Assembly (NCBI GenBank): GCA_019057375.1
Contig: DXJF01000100.1
Coordinates: 1-17,935, forward strand
Length of the DNA stretch: 17,935 nucleotides
Origin: Candidatus Heimdallarchaeota archaeon
GTDB lineage: Archaea; Asgardarchaeota; Heimdallarchaeia; Heimdallarchaeales; Heimdallarchaeaceae
Reading direction: 5' to 3'
The position numbers and the translations under genes were made by a program. Positions 1 to 5,755 of this stretch are shown here, piece after piece. The first letter of the stretch is position 1. Each line of letters begins with the position of its first letter. The notes beneath the pieces are model-generated. The model was not told the DNA's origin. It worked only from the letters and a program-made list of their open reading frames with translations, and searched no databases.

Positions 1-2
1 TA

Positions 3-818
3 GCAAATTCATTCTTAGGAATTCATCCAGTTTATGGAGTAGCAGGATTCAAGAGTGATGTTGGGCAAACAGTCCTATCTGATGGAGTGATTACCCTTGC
101 ACCTGGATTAACCTCAATATTTGCAGGAGCCGCTGAAACTTATCAACTGGTTGTTTCAAATATGGATTGGGGATTAGTTCTACCAAAGACTCAAAATAGA
201 AGACCTGCATTTCCACAACCAGTACTTGATATTGATGTAAGTGTTGAATTTATCATTCCAACTGATGCACCTTGGGAATTAGAAATTACCATAACCATCA
301 CAAATATTGGAGATGAAAGAACACACATAACTGCTATTCAATTCTATAACGCTACTGAAATGCAATTATTAAGAAAAATCACAACAGAAGGATATACAAC
401 AAATGCAACCCACTTAGGTGTTGGAGTAATACTTTTTGAAGGAATAACACTCTTGCCTGGTGAAGCTGTTACTTTAACTATGCGATGGCTCTTCTTAACG
501 AGTAATGGATGTTACATTCCTAGTATCATCGTGGTCTATGATAGTAGATTCGCAAGCGATGTGGGAAATGACGTTGTAGATACAGCTGCAGAAGCAGATG
601 CTCCTCTAATGTATGCATTAGATGGATCAGCTCAAGATGAAGAAGATTGGGAAGATTACGGTGAATCAACTCAAACAGGTTCTTCCGCTGGTGCTGATGT
701 ATTTACTGGTGGAACTCATACTCGAAGAATAGGTTCATACGATATGGTCTTCTGGTCAATCAGTGCAATATTTGTTACTGCAGTTGCTACTAGCATTAGA
801 AAGAAACTTAAAAACTAA
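3..818 (+). CDS. 5'-partial cell-surface protein with Ig/CARDB-like beta-sandwich, acidic linker and C-terminal TM anchor plus basic tail
   Basis: The frame stays open upstream of the track's GTG at 87 back to the window edge (3: GCA AAT TCA TTC...), so the gene starts outside the window. Beta-rich segment LEITITITNIGD...LLPGEAVTLT, N-x-T sequons (NAT twice), C-terminus SYDMVFWSISAIFVTAVATSIRKKLKN. Confidence 0.7.
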   Translation, partial: ANSFLGIHPVYGVAGFKSDVGQTVLSDGVITLAPGLTSIFAGAAETYQLVVSNMDWGLVLPKTQNRRPAFPQPVLDIDVSVEFIIPTDAPWELEITITITNIGDERTHITAIQFYNATEMQLLRKITTEGYTTNATHLGVGVILFEGITLLPGEAVTLTMRWLFLTSNGCYIPSIIVVYDSRFASDVGNDVVDTAAEADAPLMYALDGSAQDEEDWEDYGESTQTGSSAGADVFTGGTHTRRIGSYDMVFWSISAIFVTAVATSIRKKLKN

Positions 819-850
819 TTTTTTCTTTTTTCTTTTTCTTTTATTTTTAT
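819..850 (+). terminator. Oligo-T archaeal-type terminator after ORF1
   Basis: TTTTTTCTTTTTTCTTTTTCTTTTATTTTTAT starts directly after the TAA at 816-818. Confidence 0.7.
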
Positions 851-864
851 CCTGTAATAGCTTG

Positions 865-873
865 TTTTAAATA
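865..873 (+). promoter_or_regulatory. Putative TATA box of the SMC operon
   Basis: TTTTAAATA ends about 35 nt upstream of the ATG at 908, in the only intergenic gap. Confidence 0.45.
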
Positions 874-907
874 GTGATTTGTCGCTAGATTCCAAGAGTG
901 GAACTGA

Positions 908-3898
908 ATGGCAACTACAGTTGTAACCAATTCAGATTTATATGTTTTTGATAGTCTTATGTTATATAATTTTAAGATGCATAAGTCTACTGAATTATGT
1001 CTGTCTGAAGTTCCAATTGTTGTTATTTCAGGTGCCAATGGTAGTGGCAAAACACAGATTTTAGAAGCTCTGATTATGGCTATTGGTCATGTTCCTAATA
1101 GAGTCTCATTGAGTACGTATAAAGAGATTATAGGCCCCTTTGATAACTACTCCCAAATCCAGCTTAAACTGAATAATCCCCAACTTAGTGATAACAGAAT
1201 ATTCACAACTTCCGATCCTGATCTCATACCATTTATCGAGAAAGATTATTTTGTGATCGATGTGAAAATAAATCGCGAAGGAAATATCAGAAGAAAAATA
1301 ATTGATACGAAAGGTAAGGGTATAACCGTTACTAAAAGACAGATTCAGAATTTAATGAAAAACATAGGGATATTCCAGGATACTATGCTCAATTTCACTG
1401 AAGAAGGATATCTCAGCTCTTTTGCTGATGGTTCTCCTCATAAGAAATTAGATAGTTTATTAGTTGCAACTGGTTTGAAAGAAATATTTACTAGCTATAT
1501 TAATTCGAAGAAAAAAGTAGAAGAGAAGAAAAGGGAGCACTCTCCTTTAGTTATGCAGTTAGAAAAAGAGGAGAGCAAATTAGAAAGACTTAGGGAGAAC
1601 TTTGAAAGGATACAGAAAAAAAGAGAACTCATACAACGATATGAGGTTCTTGAAAGAGAACTAGTCTGGTTTAATGCAATTGAAAGTCAAAATCAATTTG
1701 AGGATGCAAACCAGAACTTAACCAGCAAAAAGAAAGAACTCAAAGAATTGGAAAAGAAACTTAATATTTCTTCGATTGATCAAGATAATTTACGTAAAGA
1801 GGTAAGAAAAGCAGAAGAAAATCTAGTAGATAGAAAAACTAGTATGAGGGAATTATCAGATCAGAAAAATAGGTTGGAAGGTCAGAAAGAAGAAAAAAAT
1901 CGAATGGTTCAGTCTTCGAAATCTCAGATAGCAAATATCGACTTGAAACTAAGCGAATTTGTGACCATTCAAACAGATGAAGGTTTTTCACAGAAAAAGC
2001 AATTACAGCAACAATTAGATGATGTTAATACACGTATTTTACAATTGAACAATGAGTTGCAGACTAGCCAAATTAATTTGAAAGACAAAGCAACTGAAGA
2101 AGACAATATAAAACAAAGAATATATGAAAGATCTCAGCTTTATGGAGAATTGTCTGACTATGAGAGGAAATTAATAAAAGATTGTATATTGTATAAGGAA
2201 AGAATACAAAATTCAGATTTTAAAAAGGAGATCATCGGACCTATATATGAGATCATCTCTATAAAGGAAGGTTTTGAAAATTATACAGATGTTGTAAAAG
2301 CATCTCTTGGAAGATATCTCTTTGGCTTTGTTGCTACTACTCATGCAGCTTATAAAGAAGCAAAAGACATTTACGATAATATTTTCCCAACCTATAAACC
2401 AAACTTCACAGTAGGGCGAATTTTAGAGGAAGAAAAAGGACCCAAACCTGATTATCTTACCAATCAATCATTACAGAGTAAACCCGAAGGCATAATTGAT
2501 TTTGCAGTTAATTTAATTGAAGCTCAATTTCAAGTTAAGTTATATCTGGTAAAGTTTGTAAGAATACTATTAGGCACTCCATCTTTACCTCCAAATCTTC
2601 TAACAGACTATGCAAAGCAATATAAAACCAACATTTTGACAACTGATTGTAGCAGCTTTTATCTTTCTCAAGAAGCATTTTCAAGACCCCCAAGAAGATA
2701 CAATGTAAAACTTAGTTTAGATCTCAATAAATACCAGTCAATTGAACGAATAAGAGAGCAACTACAATTGGTACTATTTGACATTGAAAAGATTACCGAA
2801 GATAAAATCAGAATTACTAGAAGTTTAGCTGAATTAGAAAACAGAAAACGAGAGCTAGAAAACCAGTTGAAACCTTGGAAAATGGGAACTGATGAAATTG
2901 AAAATGAATTTCTTAGGTTACAGCAAATCAAAAGTGCAGCAGAAATTTTAGTAAGAACCGAAACTGAAAACCTTTCTAAACTTGATGTGGAGATTACAAA
3001 GATTACTCATAACATAGTAGATATTGAGAAGGTTGTTACAGAACAGCAAAAACAGTATGATGAGATTAGAAAGAAACTTAATCATTTAAACGAAGAGATT
3101 AAGGAACTTTCAACAAGAAGAGACAAAAACCTTAAGTTGATAGATTTTCTTGAGATAGAGTTTTTAGATTTAAAAGAAGCATATGAAAATCTGAATAAAG
3201 AAGCAAAGGAGAAAGGAGAACCTCCTGAAAGTATTCGTTCAGATAAAGAAGATATTGCTTCCGAATATAATAAAGTTAAAGGACAGTTAGAATTATTAGA
3301 AATTACTCCAGAAGTATCACAAGATAGCATCGAAAAACAAGAACAGCAAGTTAGCATTTTGCAAGATGAAGTGAAAAATAATGAAATTCATCTAAAAAAT
3401 CTTAAGGAAGATTTAGAAAAGAGAATCAATGAATGGGAAGGAGGTCTTCATAATATTGTAGACCATCTGAACAAGATGCTGAATTTGCTTCTTCAAGATA
3501 TTTTTGTGAATATATCTATACAAATTCGAAATTATAATGATGAGAAGAGTGCAGGATTACATATAGAAGCTGAAACCAAGGGAGATAATAGGAGATATAG
3601 GCAGCTTTCAGGGGGAGAAAAAACACTGTTAGCTCAAGCAATCATTTTAGCTCTTCACATGATAAATCACTCTCCAATTCATGCAATAGATGAATTTACT
3701 CAAAAGCTTGATAAGAGAAATAAAGCTCTTGCTTTTTCCATGGCTTTAGCAACCTATAAAATCTCGAAGGAAAATAGGATAATTACTCCTCAATTCATTC
3801 TAATAACTCCCTCTCTTGATGATGTAGAACTCTCTGAAGAGTTTGCTCACAAAGTCTTGATTGAGAGCAAAGTAAAAGCTCCTGAGGTGAAAACATGA
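908..3898 (+). CDS. smc5/6: SMC5/6-family SMC ATPase (996 aa; head, coiled coil, hinge, coiled coil, head)
   Basis: Walker A GANGSGKT (1031-1054); Q-loop region NFTEEG; two long heptad-rich arms; central hinge starting IIGPIYEIISIKEGFENYTDVVKASLGRYLFGFV (from 2231); signature LSGGEKT (3605-3625); Walker B/D-loop AIDEFTQKLD; C-terminal QFILITP (3791-3811) with Pro in place of the H-loop His, as in Smc5/Smc6 and unlike Smc1-4, prokaryotic Smc or Rad50. Confidence 0.88.
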   Translation: MATTVVTNSDLYVFDSLMLYNFKMHKSTELCLSEVPIVVISGANGSGKTQILEALIMAIGHVPNRVSLSTYKEIIGPFDNYSQIQLKLNNPQLSDNRIFTTSDPDLIPFIEKDYFVIDVKINREGNIRRKIIDTKGKGITVTKRQIQNLMKNIGIFQDTMLNFTEEGYLSSFADGSPHKKLDSLLVATGLKEIFTSYINSKKKVEEKKREHSPLVMQLEKEESKLERLRENFERIQKKRELIQRYEVLERELVWFNAIESQNQFEDANQNLTSKKKELKELEKKLNISSIDQDNLRKEVRKAEENLVDRKTSMRELSDQKNRLEGQKEEKNRMVQSSKSQIANIDLKLSEFVTIQTDEGFSQKKQLQQQLDDVNTRILQLNNELQTSQINLKDKATEEDNIKQRIYERSQLYGELSDYERKLIKDCILYKERIQNSDFKKEIIGPIYEIISIKEGFENYTDVVKASLGRYLFGFVATTHAAYKEAKDIYDNIFPTYKPNFTVGRILEEEKGPKPDYLTNQSLQSKPEGIIDFAVNLIEAQFQVKLYLVKFVRILLGTPSLPPNLLTDYAKQYKTNILTTDCSSFYLSQEAFSRPPRRYNVKLSLDLNKYQSIERIREQLQLVLFDIEKITEDKIRITRSLAELENRKRELENQLKPWKMGTDEIENEFLRLQQIKSAAEILVRTETENLSKLDVEITKITHNIVDIEKVVTEQQKQYDEIRKKLNHLNEEIKELSTRRDKNLKLIDFLEIEFLDLKEAYENLNKEAKEKGEPPESIRSDKEDIASEYNKVKGQLELLEITPEVSQDSIEKQEQQVSILQDEVKNNEIHLKNLKEDLEKRINEWEGGLHNIVDHLNKMLNLLLQDIFVNISIQIRNYNDEKSAGLHIEAETKGDNRRYRQLSGGEKTLLAQAIILALHMINHSPIHAIDEFTQKLDKRNKALAFSMALATYKISKENRIITPQFILITPSLDDVELSEEFAHKVLIESKVKAPEVKT
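3884..3890 (+). promoter_or_regulatory. Shine-Dalgarno GAGGTGA for the 256-aa gene
   Basis: Archaeal-type SD 4 nt upstream of the ATG at 3895; ATGA start/stop overlap with the SMC gene. Confidence 0.75.
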
Positions 3899-4665
3899 CT
3901 GATCAAGATATTCTAGATGAAAGTTCTGATACAATTTCAATCTACATAGAAGAAAATAGAGAATGGGTTGAGAACATATTTCAATTGGTTTTCGAGCTCA
4001 AGAGGAAATATGGTAGATCGATAAGAAAGAAAGAAATTGTGAGACTTCTAGAATCAGAGGAAGATCGGTCCAAAGTTTCTGAGGCCTACCTATATTTGCA
4101 GAATAAAAAAGAAAATCTGTTAGATTCTGCTCTTTATGAAGACTTTATCAAAATGAATGATTTAAGAGAAAATGATTTTCTTGAAAAGCTGCTTTATCCT
4201 CAAGAAAGGTTAAAAACCTTTGTTGACAAAGTAAGAAGCTTATGTGTTCCTATAACTTATTTTTCAGGAACAACCCAAACATCATATGAAGAACCAATAA
4301 AAAATCTAACTGAAAAAATCATTGAACTGGAATCAAGTGAAAATATTGAGCTTTTTATGAAAAAATACAAAGGTTTCTTGAAAAGATTATCGAGCAATTT
4401 CCTAGATAAAGGTGAAATTTTGAATATTGAGAGTACTATTAAGGACAAACTGATAGGTAAGAGAATCAAGAGAACACAAATTAACACTCTTCTAACATCT
4501 TTAGAAGCAGAGATTCTATCCAAGATGATTAGCGAGAAAAAGATTCATGTCATTTTAGAGAATGATGTATTGATTTTTCAAACTGAAATAAAGGATGAAG
4601 AATCTGATGTTGTTTCTAGTTCAGTTCTCCTCTCACCTAAGAATTTCAAAGAAGAGAGTGACTAA
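3895..4665 (+). CDS. Probable kleisin-like (Nse4/ScpA-position) subunit of the SMC complex
   Basis: ATGA overlap with SMC, strong SD. Helical N-terminus, charged middle, and a C-terminal helix-helix-strand-strand segment (LLTSLEAEILSKMISEKKIHVILENDVLIFQ) compatible with a kleisin winged helix. The call rests mainly on gene context and size. Confidence 0.5.
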   Translation: MTDQDILDESSDTISIYIEENREWVENIFQLVFELKRKYGRSIRKKEIVRLLESEEDRSKVSEAYLYLQNKKENLLDSALYEDFIKMNDLRENDFLEKLLYPQERLKTFVDKVRSLCVPITYFSGTTQTSYEEPIKNLTEKIIELESSENIELFMKKYKGFLKRLSSNFLDKGEILNIESTIKDKLIGKRIKRTQINTLLTSLEAEILSKMISEKKIHVILENDVLIFQTEIKDEESDVVSSSVLLSPKNFKEESD

Positions 4666-4667
4666 TC

Positions 4668-5273
4668 ATGGAAGAAAATCATCTGGAACAATCCATTGAT
4701 TCAAATGAGATTGCTGAAGAAAATAATTTTTTACCTTCTTCTATTTCAGATGAAGAAAAAGGAGAACTATTTAGAGAGTTAACTACGATTTTATCTAGAA
4801 AATGGATAAAAGACAAAGTGACTGTTTTTGGTTGTTCTGAACTTGATTTATTATTAGCAACACGTTTTGATGTTCAAACCTTACGTGAAACAATTGAAGA
4901 ATACAAATCATTTGTGCAAATTTTGGGGCTAAATGTAATAGATTATGACATGGAAGGTGAAAAATGGTATTGCTTAAGATCCTCTAATTATGCACCTTCT
5001 GATTTACAGTCATCTGAATTAATAGTTCTGGGTACTATAATTGCTTTTCTAGAAAGTGATAAACAAAAACCTATAACTACAGAGAAGATTAAAGAAAAAT
5101 TGGTAGTCACTGGAAGGATGAAGGAATACCTAGTTGATAATAGTTTGAGAATATTAACAAGACTTGGCTATATCAGGAAGAAACAGAATGAATGGGAATA
5201 TAACTATCGAACCTACATTGAGTTTGGGGATGAAGAGAAAGATAAGATCGTAGAGGAGTTCAGAAGGATTTGA
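4668..5273 (+). CDS. KITE-family tandem winged-helix protein (Nse1/Nse3(MAGE)/ScpB/JetB-like)
   Basis: Two WH-like units: ...VQILGLNVIDYDMEGEKWYCL, then SSELIVLGTIIAFL...ITTEKIKEKL...DNSLRILTRLGYI...WEYNYRTYIEF. The ending resembles the GYI...R-x-x-x-E end of Nse1/MAGE WH-B. Starts 2 nt after the previous stop. Confidence 0.72.
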   Translation: MEENHLEQSIDSNEIAEENNFLPSSISDEEKGELFRELTTILSRKWIKDKVTVFGCSELDLLLATRFDVQTLRETIEEYKSFVQILGLNVIDYDMEGEKWYCLRSSNYAPSDLQSSELIVLGTIIAFLESDKQKPITTEKIKEKLVVTGRMKEYLVDNSLRILTRLGYIRKKQNEWEYNYRTYIEFGDEEKDKIVEEFRRI

Positions 5274-5725
5274 AGGAACAAGAAGCACTTTATTGCTTTA
5301 TTCGTTGTACTTTCTGTAATCAGATGAAAACTCTGAGAGATGCTGCTTTAGAAGGGTGGGAAGTTTGTGATCGATGTCAATTAGTATTTTGCAATGAATG
5401 TAAAAAAGACAATGAAGAAGAAGAATTATGTCCAGGGTCAGTCTATACCACAAAACATACTGCTAGTTTTGGACTTCTTCCTATAGAACAAATAATAGAA
5501 ACAGCAAGTAATATCGAGAAACAACCTAAAGAAAGCAAGTTTATTTCCAAGATATTTTTTGAAGATGAAAAAAAGAAAATTGAAATTCTCAAAAGCAGTA
5601 AAAAGAAGAAAGAACCCGCTGATTTTAGTATCGTAAGATTCCGAGAAGAACAATGGAGAAAATTCGGTACTGTTTTAGTCAAAAGGAAAGATGGTAAATT
5701 TCTAACCTGGGGTCAATTAGAATAA
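5270..5725 (+). CDS. Stand-alone Cys-rich Zn-finger protein (RING/PHD-like, Nse1-type spacing) with basic C-terminal region
   Basis: TTG start overlapping the upstream TGA (TTGA, 5270-5273), SD-like GAGGAG at 5253-5258. Motif C13-x2-C16-x16-C33-x2-C36-x4-C41-x2-C44-x9-C54(P)-x8-H63 (5306-5458). Confidence 0.7.
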   Translation: MKEQEALYCFIRCTFCNQMKTLRDAALEGWEVCDRCQLVFCNECKKDNEEEELCPGSVYTTKHTASFGLLPIEQIIETASNIEKQPKESKFISKIFFEDEKKKIEILKSSKKKKEPADFSIVRFREEQWRKFGTVLVKRKDGKFLTWGQLE

Positions 5726-5727
5726 CT

Positions 5728-5745
5728 AAAAGAAAAAAGAAAAAA
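5728..5745 (-). terminator. Oligo-T terminator after the ABC permease
   Basis: A-rich run on + (T-rich on -) about 10 nt past the permease stop, in the convergent gap. Confidence 0.6.
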
Positions 5746-5755
5746 TGGGAAGAGA

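Noticed and set aside
908-3898. Rad50/SbcC or canonical prokaryotic Smc assignment
   Set aside because: No central CxxC zinc hook and no adjacent Mre11/SbcD; a globular hinge is present but I do not see the glycine-rich hinge signature of canonical Smc; the H-loop reads ITP, not ITH/ISH.
5243-5273. Programmed -1 frameshift fusing KITE and Zn finger
   Set aside because: The -1 frame is closed by TAA at 5243-5245, and 5246-5273 has no X XXY YYZ slippery heptamer. SD GAGGAG plus the TTGA overlap explains it as coupled re-initiation.
847-5682. Antisense ORFs 847..1050, 2668..2931, 3082..3357, 4257..4523, 5438..5653, 5443..5682
   Set aside because: They lie opposite well-supported genes; their Ser/Phe/Leu-rich composition is the mirror of Lys/Glu codons; no motifs.
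908-5725. Wadjet (JetABCD) system
   Set aside because: No Toprim/JetD nuclease, gene order differs, and the SMC is about 1000 aa with Smc5/6-type motifs.
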